64,000 nucleotides of DNA from an uncultured Planctomycetota bacterium (GTDB taxonomy: Bacteria; Planctomycetota; PLA2; JAEUHO01), in assembly GCA_963752285.1 (NCBI GenBank), contig CAVVXN010000003.1, positions 1-64,000 on the forward strand, written 5' to 3'. The notes below the pieces were generated by a model. The model ran no database searches. It was not told where the DNA came from and worked only from the letters and a program-made list of their open reading frames with translations. A program made the position numbers and the translations under genes. Positions 49,905 to 62,143 of this stretch are shown piece after piece. Each line of letters begins with the position of its first letter. The stretch's first letter is position 1.

Positions 49905-51257
49905 TCAGCGGGTGGCGGAGCCGGGCGGGTCTGCGGGAACTGGCTGCCCTTCGCTCGCCGGCTCCTCCGCGGGAGTCGCCGTGCCCAGGCGGGCCAGCAA
50001 CGCGGGGACGTCGAGCCTCTCCTCCTTCACGTTCCGGATGTTGCCGCCGATCCGCGCGAACCGGACGTAGAGCGTCTTCTCGCCCGTCAGCGCCACGACC
50101 TCGTGCAGCGTCGCGAGGCCGTTCTTCGTCACGGTCGAGTCCGCGTCGGGAAGGGCCGCTCGCGCGCCCAGGCCGAAGAGGTCGGCCACGTCCAGCGGAT
50201 GGTCTCCCGACGACTTCGCCCCCTCCATCAGCGTGTCGTACCGCCAGCCGGACCCGTGGGCGCGCTTGCGGTAGTGGTTCGTGCACGCGACGTAGGTGAG
50301 CTCCGCGCCGTCCACTCGGTCGGCGCAGCGTAGGTCGGCGCCCTGATCGACGTCTTCCCGCGTGTCGTACTCGAGGACACCCGCCGGCTGACCGTTCCCT
50401 GGTTCGGGCGTCGCGACCATGAGGTTGTTGCCGTACACCGTGTTCCACGACCGGCAGAGCTCGACCGCTTTCTCGACCGCGCCCGGGGCGTCCAGCTGCT
50501 CCATCAGACGGCGGACCGCCACGAGGCGCGGGACGTTGCCCTGCGCGAGGTCCTTGAAGGTGGGGAGGACGTTGACGTCGTGGATCGCCGTGAACACACC
50601 GGCGTCGTTCATCGCGGTCAGGGCCCCGATCGAAGCGGGGTGTGAGATCCCCACCCAGCCGTGCGCCCCGTCTCGCGGCGCCACGACGCGCACGTGCTGG
50701 CGGGTCACGATCATGTCGAGCGCGGGGAAGTCGAAGTTGCGCACGACGGCGGCCTTGCCGTCCTTCGTGTGGGGCCCCCACAGCGCGATCGAGGAGCAAC
50801 CGAGCGCGTAGAGGTCGCCAAAGGTGTTGAGGGCGTAGATGTCGCCGAGCCGCAGCGGGCGTCCGAGCCATCCGATGGTGCGGTCCGCTTCGGCCGGCAA
50901 CCGCGCCTCGACGCCCGCGAGGATCCCCTCCATCTCCTCCTTTTCCGCGTCGGAGAAGCGAAACGCCGCCTTCGCCGCGGGGAGGAGCTGCATCTCGTAC
51001 ACGTTCTTGTGGTCGCCGAGGAAGCCGTCCAGGCTCTTGTCCGTCCCCTCCACGATGTCGCGCGCCAGGAGCCAGCCCTGGGCGAACCCACGTTCGCGGG
51101 GTGCTCCCCAGAGCTCGAGTACCGGGACCTGCCCGAGCGACACGAGGCGCCCGGTGACGGCGGGGGCCTTCGCGCCGTCCTCGCCCCGGGCGGACGGGAC
51201 GGTGGCGAGGATCGTGAGGCCGACGAGGGCCGCGAGGCCGGTCCGGCGACGGGGCAT
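49905..51257 (-). CDS. Secreted C45-family Ntn-hydrolase
   Basis: Signal peptide; RGFAQG, GCSS, VRNFDF, AMNDAGV, TNH. Confidence 0.85.
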   Translation of the reverse strand: MPRRRTGLAALVGLTILATVPSARGEDGAKAPAVTGRLVSLGQVPVLELWGAPRERGFAQGWLLARDIVEGTDKSLDGFLGDHKNVYEMQLLPAAKAAFRFSDAEKEEMEGILAGVEARLPAEADRTIGWLGRPLRLGDIYALNTFGDLYALGCSSIALWGPHTKDGKAAVVRNFDFPALDMIVTRQHVRVVAPRDGAHGWVGISHPASIGALTAMNDAGVFTAIHDVNVLPTFKDLAQGNVPRLVAVRRLMEQLDAPGAVEKAVELCRSWNTVYGNNLMVATPEPGNGQPAGVLEYDTREDVDQGADLRCADRVDGAELTYVACTNHYRKRAHGSGWRYDTLMEGAKSSGDHPLDVADLFGLGARAALPDADSTVTKNGLATLHEVVALTGEKTLYVRFARIGGNIRNVKEERLDVPALLARLGTATPAEEPASEGQPVPADPPGSATR

Positions 51258-51369
51258 GGGAGGCTCCTTCCTGGCCGCGGGGTGCGACCGTCGTGGGATT
51301 CCCCCGATCCTCCCCTTCGAGGAGGGTCGTGCGGGGGCTCCGTAGAATCCCATCCCTGGAGACCGGCTG

Positions 51370-52206
51370 GTGCCGCACCCGAACTCCGCCCTGATCCTCA
51401 CCGGACGCGCCATGTCGGCGCCCGAGACGTGCGTCCTGGCCGGGGGACGGGCAGCCGTCTTCTCGTGCGGCAAGCCGGGGGGCGAGGAGGCGAACGAGGA
51501 CGCGCTCGCGGTGCTCGAGCTGGGCGGCGCCCGCGGCGTGCTCGCGGTGGCGGACGGTGCCGGCGGTCATCCGAACGGCGCACGCGCCGCGGCCGTGACG
51601 CTCGAAGCCCTCGCCGACTCGATCGACGGCGACACGAACGACGACCTGAGGGGATCGCTTCTCGACGGCATCGAGTCGGCGAATCGTCGCGTACAGGATC
51701 TCGGCGGCGGCGCCGCCTCCACACTGGCCGTTCTCGAGATCGAGGGACGCACGGTTCGGCCCTACCACGTCGGCGACAGCGAGATCCTCGTCGTAGGGCA
51801 GCGCGGTCGCGTGCGACTCTCCATCGTCCCGCATTCGCCCACCGGCTATGCGGTCGAGTCGGGTCTGCTGGAGCCCGCCGAGGCCATCGCCCACGAAGAT
51901 CGCCACCTCGTCTCGAACCTCGTGGGTACGGCCGACATGCGCATCGAGATCGGCTCCGTGCTCGACCTCCAGCCGCGCGACACGGTGCTGATCGCCAGCG
52001 ACGGGCTGTTCGACAACCTGCGCGTGGACGAGATCGTGAACGCGATCCGTTCCGGACCTCTCGAACGCGCGGCACACGATCTGCTGCGGGACGCACGGCG
52101 GCGGATGCAGAGCGCGACGACGGGCGAGCCTTCGAAGCCCGACGACCTGACGTTCGTGCTCTATCGCATCGCGCCCGCGACGTCCGCGGAGGGAGCCACG
52201 CCGTGA
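51370..52206 (+). CDS. PP2C-family phosphatase
   Basis: NEDA, VADGAGG, VGDS, ASDGLFD, DDLT. Confidence 0.92.
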   Translation: MPHPNSALILTGRAMSAPETCVLAGGRAAVFSCGKPGGEEANEDALAVLELGGARGVLAVADGAGGHPNGARAAAVTLEALADSIDGDTNDDLRGSLLDGIESANRRVQDLGGGAASTLAVLEIEGRTVRPYHVGDSEILVVGQRGRVRLSIVPHSPTGYAVESGLLEPAEAIAHEDRHLVSNLVGTADMRIEIGSVLDLQPRDTVLIASDGLFDNLRVDEIVNAIRSGPLERAAHDLLRDARRRMQSATTGEPSKPDDLTFVLYRIAPATSAEGATP

Positions 52207-53000
52207 GCGCGCGCCGCGCGGTCCATCCGCCCCGAATCGACGCCTTCGACCTCGAGCCGGGGCGGGTGTTGGCGGGCCGCTACGAGGTCCTCGGGAAGCT
52301 CGGCGGTGGCTGGGAGGGCGAGGTCTACGAGGTCATCGAGCGGCGGACGGGCATCGTGCGGGCGGCGAAGCTGTTCTTCCCGCACCGCAACGTTCGGGAC
52401 CGCGCGGTGCTCCAGTACGCCAAGAAGCTCGACGCGCTGAAGCACTGCGCGATCGTGACGCAGTACCACCACTCCGAGACGATTCGGTTCCACGGCCGCG
52501 ACGTGACGTGTCTGCTCAGCGAGTTCGTGGAGGGTGAGCTTCTCACGAGGTTCATCGAGCGCCGACCCGGACACGCGCTGCCGGTCTTCGAGGCGCTCCA
52601 CCTGACGCACGCGCTCGCCCAAGGCCTGGAGGAGATCCACCAGGCGCGCTACTACCACGGAGACCTCCACCCGGAGAACGTCCTCGTCCGCCGCGCGGGC
52701 ATTGGCTTCCACTTGAAGCTCGTGGACTTCTACCACTACGGCCCGACCACGGCCGCGTGCCTGCGGGACGACATCGTGGACATCGTTCGTCTCCTCTACG
52801 ACGCCGTGGGCGGGGCCGAGCGCTACGCCTCGCAGCCACCCGAGGTGAAGGCGATCTGCAAGGGCCTCCGCCGCGGGCTCGTGCTCCGCGCGTTCCCCAC
52901 GGTCCGGCACCTCCGCCGTCACCTCGAGTCGTTCCGGTGGTCGGACGATCCCGTCTCCGAACGAGGGCGGGGGCGCGGGGCCCGCCGCGGCCGTCGCTGA
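52203..53000 (+). CDS. Compact Ser/Thr protein kinase
   Basis: LGGGWEGEVY, AAK, HGDLHPENVL, DFY; coupled to the PP2C gene. Confidence 0.88.
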   Translation: MSARRAVHPPRIDAFDLEPGRVLAGRYEVLGKLGGGWEGEVYEVIERRTGIVRAAKLFFPHRNVRDRAVLQYAKKLDALKHCAIVTQYHHSETIRFHGRDVTCLLSEFVEGELLTRFIERRPGHALPVFEALHLTHALAQGLEEIHQARYYHGDLHPENVLVRRAGIGFHLKLVDFYHYGPTTAACLRDDIVDIVRLLYDAVGGAERYASQPPEVKAICKGLRRGLVLRAFPTVRHLRRHLESFRWSDDPVSERGRGRGARRGRR

Positions 53001-53088
53001 CGCACTCTGGACCCTCCACACCCGGTGGCGTAGCCTCAGCGAGGTCCCGACCCTCTCTGGAAGTGCCGTGGACGTGGAGGAGGACACG

Positions 53089-53832
53089 ATGCGATTCAGT
53101 GCCGGTGCCGTGCTGTCCCGCGGCTTCGCGGTCCTGGGCCGGAACCTGGGCCCGTTCCTGGTCCTGAGCCTGCTCACGAACCTTCCCGTGTTCGCCGTGC
53201 AGCTCGCGGTCGGACAGGTGCCGGTGGAGCCGTTCCGACCGGACCAGGCCCAGGTGGCCCAGATGCCGCGGTTCGACCCACTCCAGCTCCTTCCCTCGCT
53301 CCTGAGCATCGTGATGAGCGCGATCCTCGCTGGCGCACTCACGTACGGGGTCGTCCAGGACCTCCGCGGGCGCCGGGCGGGGCTCGGCCAGACCCTCTCC
53401 GTTGGTCTCTCCCGCGCCCTCCCGGTCGTCGGGATCTCCATCCTGGTCGGTTTCCTCATCGGGCTGGGGTTCATCGCCCTCGTGGTCCCGGGGCTGATCC
53501 TCCTGTGCGCCCTCTTCGCCGCGGTCCCGGCCGCCGTGATCGAGCGCCTCGGTGTGGGCGCGCTCGGACGCTCCTTCGACCTGACGAAGGGGCACCGGAT
53601 GTCGATCTTCGGGATCGTCCTCGCGATCGGCATCGTCGGCGTGGTCTTCGGGCTCGTCCTGCGGATGGCGATCGGTGCCGGCGCCAGCCTCGTCGCGACC
53701 TCGATCGTGTTCTACGTCGTCTCGATCTTCCTGAGCCTCTACAACGGGACCTGCCAGGCGGTCGCCTACCACGACCTCCGTGTGGAGAAGGAGGGCGCGA
53801 GCACCGCGGACATTGCGAGCGTGTTCGACTGA
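53089..53832 (+). CDS. Integral membrane protein
   Basis: About six TM; ALGRSFDLTKGHR, YHDLRVEKEG. Confidence 0.8.
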   Translation: MRFSAGAVLSRGFAVLGRNLGPFLVLSLLTNLPVFAVQLAVGQVPVEPFRPDQAQVAQMPRFDPLQLLPSLLSIVMSAILAGALTYGVVQDLRGRRAGLGQTLSVGLSRALPVVGISILVGFLIGLGFIALVVPGLILLCALFAAVPAAVIERLGVGALGRSFDLTKGHRMSIFGIVLAIGIVGVVFGLVLRMAIGAGASLVATSIVFYVVSIFLSLYNGTCQAVAYHDLRVEKEGASTADIASVFD

Positions 53833-53835
53833 TCG

Positions 53836-54663
53836 ATGGATGAGGTCGGGGCCCCCGCGCCGCGGCGCCGGCGCGTCGCGAGGGAGGGCCGCCCCTCCTT
53901 CCCCACGGGCGGCGTGATCGCGAGCGCGTGGGACATCCTGCGCCGTCACGCGTGGCCCTACCTGTCCCTCGCGGCGCTGCTCCAGGTCCCCCTGACCGCG
54001 CTGAGCTTCCACGAGGGGCCGTGGTCTCGGATTCCGCAGGCCTTCACCTTCACGTCGGGTGAGGTCGTGGGCGCGCTGGTGCTCCAGTCGGTCGTGGCCC
54101 ACGGGACGTACCGGGAGCTGTCCGGGCAGCCAGTCGGGGTCGTCGGGGCCCTCGCGGGCTTGCGGCGACTGCCCTCCGTGGTCGGAGTCGCCGTCACGAA
54201 CCTCCTGGCGACCTGGGGCATCTTGATCGTCGCGGGCGTGCTGGGCCTCAGCACCGGGTCGTGGGGCCTGGTCGCCTACCTCGTCTTGGGTCTGGCCCTC
54301 GTCGTGTCGCTCCAGTGCGCGTGGTTCGTCGCGGTGCAGGTGGCGGTCGTCGAGCCCGTTCGGCCCGATCAGGCCTTGGCGCGGAGCGCCTGGCTCACGG
54401 CGGGTTCGCGGTGGCGGATCCTGGGGATCGTCCTGGGCGTGACGGTGATTCCGTACGCCTTCTCCTTCCTCGCGTACAGCGCGGGTCGGAGCGAGATCGC
54501 GACCTCCCTGTTCGGGCACCTGGTGCTCGGCGTGTACGTGCTCGACGCGATTCGCGCGGGCATCACGGCATTCGGAGCGGTCGTGGCCACGGTCGCGTAC
54601 TACGCGCTGAGACGCCAGCGGGAGGGAATCGGTCGGGGCCAGATCCTCCGCGTCTTCGACTGA
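53836..54663 (+). CDS. Integral membrane protein, paralog of the preceding gene
   Basis: ALARSAWLTAGSR, YYALRRQREG; both proteins end VFD. Confidence 0.78.
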   Translation: MDEVGAPAPRRRRVAREGRPSFPTGGVIASAWDILRRHAWPYLSLAALLQVPLTALSFHEGPWSRIPQAFTFTSGEVVGALVLQSVVAHGTYRELSGQPVGVVGALAGLRRLPSVVGVAVTNLLATWGILIVAGVLGLSTGSWGLVAYLVLGLALVVSLQCAWFVAVQVAVVEPVRPDQALARSAWLTAGSRWRILGIVLGVTVIPYAFSFLAYSAGRSEIATSLFGHLVLGVYVLDAIRAGITAFGAVVATVAYYALRRQREGIGRGQILRVFD

Positions 54664-54837
54664 TCCCGGATACGGCGCGTGCGGGGCCCAAGCAGGCCGT
54701 CGGTGTCAGGCCGGCACGACCGGCCGGACCCGCCGGACCGGCCGGTAGGGACGCGGTGGCCGCGATGGGGTGGGCCGGTGGCGTCTGATTCGGACGAATT
54801 GCTCTGGCTCCGTATGGTGTTACGGGGGGGATACTCG

Positions 54838-55788
54838 TTAGGCGGTTTCGTCGTACTTGTCCTCTTTTCGCCGGCCGAAGAGCATCCTTCGCTCGAGCCG
54901 CGCGCGCAGCGCGGCGTAGTACGCCGCGAGGAACGCGTGCGCCTCCTCGCGCGGGACGCGCTCGGGCCAGTCGATCTTCTTCGCGATGCGGTCCGCCACC
55001 GCCTGCATCGTCTTGGCGTGGTCCTTGGGGCCCGACGACCGGCTTCGGAGCAGCCCCTCCAGGACCTGGAGCTCGTAGATGCCGTACGCGTCGAGCATCG
55101 CCTCGGTGAACTCGAAGCGGGCCGCCTCGCGACGTCGGACCGTCTTCGCCGCGTGCGTCACCACGTCCTCGAGGAGCATCGGCCTCGGCGCCACGACGAC
55201 CTGCGTGCCCGCCACGAGGTCCCCCGGGCGGAGCCGCCACCGGTTGAACAGCGGGAGGCCCGCGAGGAGTAGCATCCACAGCGTCGCCAGGACCTGGGCC
55301 CAGCCGGGAGAGCCGGGCCAGAACGCCTGTGGATTCCCCAGCGCGGCCAGGGGCAGGTAGACCTCGAGGTTCCGCATCAGGTTTCGCACCACGACCGCGT
55401 CGGTCGTGAGGGGGCCTCCCTTCGCGTCCATGACCCGGATCCCGAGCTTGCGCTTGCCGGGCGTCTGACCGCTCGTGCGGGTCTCGAACCAGATGAAGTA
55501 CAGGTTCTGGACCACGAACACGGTGAGGAAGAAGAACGGCAGCACCCACGAGCCCGAACCGCCCGACGAGACGACCGCGACCACGATCCAAACGAGCGCG
55601 GCGATGACGATCCCCATCAGGAGGGCGTCCAGCGCGAAGGCGGAGAGTCGGTCTCCCGCCGAGGCCACGCGGAACCGGAGCTCGATCCCCTCCGGCGTGG
55701 GAATCGGTCGCGGCGTCCCTCGCGTCTCGATCTCGACGGGCCGGACGACGCGCCGTGCGGGCGCGCGGGCGGTCGAGGGGGCGCTCAC
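54838..55788 (-). CDS. RDD-family protein
   Basis: TPEG, RLSAFALD, GQTPGKRKLGIRV, GDLVAGT. Confidence 0.9.
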   Translation of the reverse strand: MSAPSTARAPARRVVRPVEIETRGTPRPIPTPEGIELRFRVASAGDRLSAFALDALLMGIVIAALVWIVVAVVSSGGSGSWVLPFFFLTVFVVQNLYFIWFETRTSGQTPGKRKLGIRVMDAKGGPLTTDAVVVRNLMRNLEVYLPLAALGNPQAFWPGSPGWAQVLATLWMLLLAGLPLFNRWRLRPGDLVAGTQVVVAPRPMLLEDVVTHAAKTVRRREAARFEFTEAMLDAYGIYELQVLEGLLRSRSSGPKDHAKTMQAVADRIAKKIDWPERVPREEAHAFLAAYYAALRARLERRMLFGRRKEDKYDETA

Positions 55789-56813
55789 GGCAGGACCGCT
55801 CCGTCGCCCTCGTCCCCGACGCGGCGGCGGCGCCCGGCGAGCGCGAAGTACGCGACCCAGACGACGAGCGTCGAGGCCGCGACGGCGTAGCGCGTCGCGG
55901 TGTCCGTCACGCGCTGGCGGAACACCCCCTCCAGGAGGCCGGCGACGAAGAACATGCATACGGCGCCCACCACGAGGATGCCCGCCTGTCGTCCCTGTCG
56001 CGCGAGGCTCTCGAGCCGGCCGAGCGTCCCGGGGAACACGAGGCTCCGCGCGATCGCGAGCCCACCGGCCGCGCACAGCACCACGGCCGTGAGCTCGGTG
56101 ACGCCGTGGGGCAGCACCCATCCCCACCAGTCGAGCGCCAGGCCCCGGCTCTCGTAGAGGAACGAGAACGCGCCGAGCACGAGTCCGTTCGTGAACAGGA
56201 GGAAGAACACGGGTATGCCCGCCGCGAAGCCCAGCGCGAAGCACAGCATGCCCACCTGCGCGTTGTGCGTGAAGAGGAACGCCGCGAAGGTCGACAGGAC
56301 CGCGCCCGCGTCTTCCTCGTGGTAGAGCATGTCGCGCAGGTCCTTCGTGGACGCTCCGGGGTCGCGGCCCTGCGCCATCTCGGGCGACACGAGCGCGTAG
56401 AACTCGTCCGCGTCGGCGCGGGTGAGGAAGTAGCCCACCAGACCGCCCGCGACCAGAATGGCGTACGCGAGGGCCACCCACCCGACGAACGATCGGAAGG
56501 TCGCGGGGAGCCGGCGGCCGAAGAACTCGGCGATCGCCGCGCCGGGGTGTCGCTCGGGCCCGTACACGACGAAGTACGCGCGCTGGCCGAGGGCCTCGAG
56601 GTACTCGAGGAGCGCGTGGTCGAGCGAGATCGCGCGCGCGACGCTGAGACTCGACAGCGCCGCGCGGTAGAGGCCCGGGAGGCGCATCCGCTGCGCCTCG
56701 CTCAGGGAGCCGACGCCGAAGCGCTCCGCGCGATGGACCAGCACTTCCAGCTCGAGCCAGCCCGCCTCGCGCTCGCGGCGGAACTCGACCGACTTCAGCT
56801 CGATCGCCTTCAC
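55785..56813 (-). CDS. SpoIIM/DUF95-family membrane protein
   Basis: FTHNAQV, NGLVLG, LPHGVTEL, AGLLEG. Confidence 0.9.
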   Translation of the reverse strand: MKAIELKSVEFRREREAGWLELEVLVHRAERFGVGSLSEAQRMRLPGLYRAALSSLSVARAISLDHALLEYLEALGQRAYFVVYGPERHPGAAIAEFFGRRLPATFRSFVGWVALAYAILVAGGLVGYFLTRADADEFYALVSPEMAQGRDPGASTKDLRDMLYHEEDAGAVLSTFAAFLFTHNAQVGMLCFALGFAAGIPVFFLLFTNGLVLGAFSFLYESRGLALDWWGWVLPHGVTELTAVVLCAAGGLAIARSLVFPGTLGRLESLARQGRQAGILVVGAVCMFFVAGLLEGVFRQRVTDTATRYAVAASTLVVWVAYFALAGRRRRVGDEGDGAVLP

Positions 56814-58122
56814 GCGACGAGCTCCCGTCGCTTCGCGTCGAGGTACCGGTTGAGGAGACGCTCCGTGACGGCCTGCGGCGCGGCGTCGATACAGTGGATC
56901 CCGAGGCGGCCGAGACGCCGAAGCACGAGCTCGCGGTCCTTCAGGACGTCGTCCGCCACGACCGACTTCAAGACGTCCCGCTCGGTACCGGGCGCCGTGC
57001 CCACCACGCGGTCCAGGTGGGGGTCGCGCAGCGCGACGAACGTGACGAGGTGGCGCCGCGCGAGGCGACCCAGGTTCTCCACCATGAGCTCCGCCGTCAC
57101 CGTGTCCACGAAGTCCGTCAGCAGCACCACGAAGGACCGCCGGTGGAGGCGCGCCGACAGGTCGGCGAGGCCGAGCGTGAAGTTCGTCTCCGTCGTCCGG
57201 TACGCGAGGTCGGCGGCGAGGCGCTGCACCCTCGCGAACGTGCGGACGCCGCCCCGTGGCTCCATCCACGCGCGGACCGTCTCGTCGAAGGCAAACGCGC
57301 CGACGCGGTCGCCGTACCTGAGGCTCGTGTAGGCGAGCACGAGTCCCGCGCTGACGGCGTGGTCGAGCTTCGGAACGCCGTCCACCGGTTCGCGCATGAG
57401 GCGGCCCGTGTCGAAGCCGAGCACGATCTGGTGGTTCCGCTCGGCGCGGAACTCCGCCGAGATCAGCATGCGGTGCCGCGCCGAGGCCTTCCAGTCGAGT
57501 CCGCGCGGGTCGAGGCCGGGGGTGTACTCGCGGAGGGCCTCGAACTCCGAGCCCTCGCCCTCGTGTCGCACGACCTTCCAGCCGACCCACGCGTCGCGGT
57601 GGTGGAGGAGCCGAAGCGCGTGGGCGCGCGCGGCCGAGACGTTCGGCCCGACGCGCACGCTCGCGTCCGTCCGCACGCGGCGCACCTTCGCGGCGAGGCC
57701 GAGCGGCCCGTTCCACCTGAGCCACAGGGTGGCGAGCCCGACCGTGCCGCGCCGCGTCGGCGTGAGGGGGATCCGCACCGTCGCGCGCCCCCCCGGTCCG
57801 AGGCGGGCCGTGGTCTCGGGCGGCGCCGCGAGGTCGCCCGTGACGTCGGCGTGGACGCGGAGGGCGGTCCTGCGGAGGCTCCCCGCCGCCGCGAGGGCCA
57901 CGGTCGCGTCCGCGGTGGACCCGATCTCGATCTCCTCGGGGACGGAGGTCTTCACGTTGAGGGCGCCCCGGCCGAGCGCGAGCGCCGCGTCGACGCCGAC
58001 GAGGAGGGCCCACGCGCCCACGTACGCGAGCCAGACCGTCCACAGCCATCCGCCCACGACGACCGGCAGGATGGCCGCGACGAACCCCACGAGGAGGAGC
58101 AGGAGCGCGCGGAGCGTCGGCC

Positions 58123-58126
<4 letters not shown>
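56810..58126 (-). CDS. DUF58 / vWA-like protein
   Basis: [24 protein letters not shown]. Confidence 0.92.
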
Positions 58127-59079
<953 letters not shown>

Positions 59080-60288
59080 GCAGGATCTCCTCGTGCCACC
59101 GGTGGATCCGCGCGGCGGCCGCGAGCGCCCGGTGGGGGTGCGCGCGGCCGTGGGGGATCTCGGCCCGGAGGTCCCCGACGCCCGCCTCGATCATCCGCGA
59201 GGACGCGACGTGGTCGAGCCAGCGCTCGAGGTCCGGCCCCACGAGGCCCGGCGGCGCGCCGAGCGCCCGCGCGGTCCGCCGCAGAACCCCGTCCAGGTAG
59301 CGCTCCACCGCGGCCCCCGACAGGCGCTCCTGTCCGAGGAGCGCGGCCGCGCGGTCCACCAGGAACGCCGTCCCCGGGGCGAGACCGGGCTCGACCCGCC
59401 GGGGCGACCCGAAGCGCCCTGTCGCCGCCCAGAGGAGCACGCCGAGGACCAGCACGAGGTGCAGGAGGACGAGGACCATCGGGAATCGGCCGAGCTCGTG
59501 CCAGAGCGAGGGCGACTCCACGTAGCCGTGGAGGGTCTCGTCCACCACCACCGTGTCGAAGCCGTCGCGCGCGCTCTCGAGTGCGGCCAGCACGAACCGC
59601 AGGTTGTCGCCCCGGTAGAGACCGGCGTTCGACAGGAGGTCCGGGTCGGACAGGACGAGGAGCCCCGGCCGCTCGTTCGAGCGCGCGAGCACGCTGCCGT
59701 CGGCGGTCCAGACGAGGGGTTCGAGATCGTGGCCCTCGACGGTCTGGACGATCGCGCCGGGTGCGAAGGTGGGAACGACGTCCAGGTGTCCCTCGGCGCC
59801 GCCCGTTCGACCCGGCGGCGCCCGGCGTACCTGCGCCTGGATGCCCACCGACGCGAGCACGGCCTCGACCTCGCTCGTGGACTTCGTCTCGACGCGGGAG
59901 ACCCACCCGCGGTGCCGCGGGTCCTCCCGGACGTCCCACTTCGGGAGCACGAGCAAGGCGAACCCCGCGCGGTCCACCTCGTCCTCGAGGCGGACCTCCC
60001 GGCTCTCCGCTCCGGTCGTGTCACGGGGCGCCAGCAGGAGGAGGACCCCCGCGCGCGCGGCCTTCCGGGCGGAGGCGTTCCGACTCACGAGGACCGGGAC
60101 GTCGAGCGCTTCGAGCGCCTTGACGAGCCCGTCGAACCCGACGGCCGAGCGCGAGTAGCTGTCGGCGCCCGCCGAGCGCGGCGTGGCGATCGCGGGCCCG
60201 AAGACCGCGAGGACGACGCCCACGGTGAACGAGCCGACGGCGAGCCCGACCACCCACGCGAGCGTGCGACCGTGGAAGGCTCCGTCGT

Positions 60289-60933
60289 TCACGCGGGCCC
60301 TCCCGCCGTCGCGGCGCGAAGACGACGCCACGACTCGACGCACGCGGCGAAGCCCGCGGCGTCGGCGGGTCGTCCTCCGAACAACGAGGCCTCCGTCGCG
60401 TCCACGAGTCGTTCGAGGGCCGCGCGCGCCTCGGGATCGAGCTCCACCGTCGCCGCGATCTCGCGGCTCGTCCACGCGGTCGGGATGCGGCGGTCCCGCG
60501 GGAGGGCGGCCAGCGTGCGAAGGAGCAGCGCGTGGATCGCCTCGGCGAAACGGCCGTCGGCCGCGAGGGCCTCGGCGTCGTCCTTCGCGACCCGGACGGC
60601 GTCCGGGGTCGACACGGGCGTCGGCGCCGGGCCGACGGCCCTCTCCGGCCGGCCCACGCGGTAGCGCTCGGTCGCCCACACCAGCAACACGATCGCGCCG
60701 ACCGCGATGGCGACCCATACGAGCGCGCGGATGACGTCCTCGACGGCGTCGCCCCGCGCCGGCTCGGGGGGAGGGACCGGCGCCTCGTTCGCCGGGACCT
60801 CGTCCGGACCCCCGCCCGGCCATTCGCGCTGGAGGTCGCCCCCGTCGTACGCGTGCGCGAGCGCGCCGCGCGCGGTGTCGGGGCTCGGCAGCGCCAGCGC
60901 GAGTCCCACGAGGAGGAGGACGGCCTTCGACAC
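60289..60933 (-). CDS. DUF4129-like protein
   Basis: AADGRFAEAIHALL, TSRE, LFGGR. Confidence 0.8.
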   Translation of the reverse strand: MSKAVLLLVGLALALPSPDTARGALAHAYDGGDLQREWPGGGPDEVPANEAPVPPPEPARGDAVEDVIRALVWVAIAVGAIVLLVWATERYRVGRPERAVGPAPTPVSTPDAVRVAKDDAEALAADGRFAEAIHALLLRTLAALPRDRRIPTAWTSREIAATVELDPEARAALERLVDATEASLFGGRPADAAGFAACVESWRRLRAATAGGPA

Positions 60934-60998
60934 GCGGGGATTCTACGCCGCGCGTCCGGTACGATCCCGGGGCGCGTCGCGGTCGGCTGGAGGTCCCG

Positions 60999-61901
60999 AT
61001 GGGTGAGATCCGCGCGGAGAGGACGATCCTCTTCGCCGACGTCGTGGACAGCACCGGGCTGTACGAGGACCTCGGAACCGAGGAAACGCGGCGCGTGCTC
61101 CTCGAGTGCCTCGGTCTGATGGAGGAGACGGTCGGGGCCTTCGGCGGTCGCGTGCTCGACCGCATCGGGGACGAGATCTTTTGCTCGTTCGACGACCCGG
61201 ATGTCGCCGCGGTCGCCGCGAGCCACCTCCAGGAGCGGATGGTCGCGGGCCTCGCGGAGGGTCGGTTCCCCCGTGCGATACGGATCCGGGTCGGCCTGTG
61301 CCACGGTCCCGTGCTCGAGACGCCGGAGGGCCATTTCGGCGGCACGATCCACACGGCCGCGCGCCTGGTCGCGCTCGCCAAGGCGGGGCAGACGCTCACG
61401 ACGAAGGAGACGCTCGACCGCTTGAGCCCCGCGCACCGGAAGATGCAGCGGTTCTTCGACCGCGTGGTGTTGAAGGGACAGAGCGGCGAGCAGGACGTCC
61501 ACGAGCTCCTGTGGAACTCGTCCGACACCGTCGTCCCCGAGCGGGGGAGGAAGTCGGGCGCGGCGCGTCCGGGTGTGCGCGCGGTCGTGCTCGTGTACGG
61601 CGACCGCGAGGTGCGCGTGGACCTCTCCTACCCTCGACTCGACATCGGTCGCGACGCCGCGTGCGGACTCGAGGTGGAGGGTGCGGCCGTGTCGCGACTC
61701 CACGCCCGCGTCTCGTGGAACCGGGGACGCGTCCGCGTGGACGACGTGAGCTCGAACGGCACGGCCGTGGAGCCCGAGGGGGAGACGCCCGTGACGCTCC
61801 ACCGCGAGGGGACCGCGCTCCACGGCCACGGCTGGCTCCGCCTCGGCTGCCAGGGTCCGGCAGAGGACGCGGCCCGCGTGGAGTACCGGGTGGAGGCGTG
61901 A
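60999..61901 (+). CDS. Class III nucleotide cyclase plus FHA domain
   Basis: FADVVDST, IGDE, AARL, LKG; FHA motifs IGR, VSRLHA, SSNGT. Confidence 0.9.
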   Translation: MGEIRAERTILFADVVDSTGLYEDLGTEETRRVLLECLGLMEETVGAFGGRVLDRIGDEIFCSFDDPDVAAVAASHLQERMVAGLAEGRFPRAIRIRVGLCHGPVLETPEGHFGGTIHTAARLVALAKAGQTLTTKETLDRLSPAHRKMQRFFDRVVLKGQSGEQDVHELLWNSSDTVVPERGRKSGAARPGVRAVVLVYGDREVRVDLSYPRLDIGRDAACGLEVEGAAVSRLHARVSWNRGRVRVDDVSSNGTAVEPEGETPVTLHREGTALHGHGWLRLGCQGPAEDAARVEYRVEA

Positions 61902-62037
61902 GCGTCCGGTCGCTCGGGCGGGGGCGCGTGGCGGTCGCTCGCGCTTCTCGCGCGGTCCCCGGCGCGGCCCTCCCTCGTTCCTCGATCGCGTGCCCGGTCT
62001 CGTGCTCTGAGGCGGCGCGCTCGTGGCGGGAATGGTG

Positions 62038-62066
62038 ACGGCCCGGGGTTTTTCCCCCGGGCCGTC
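62038..62066 (-). terminator. Hairpin downstream of the tRNA
   Basis: ACGGCCCGGGG...CCCCGGGCCGT. Confidence 0.65.
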
Positions 62067-62067
62067 G

Positions 62068-62143
<76 letters not shown>

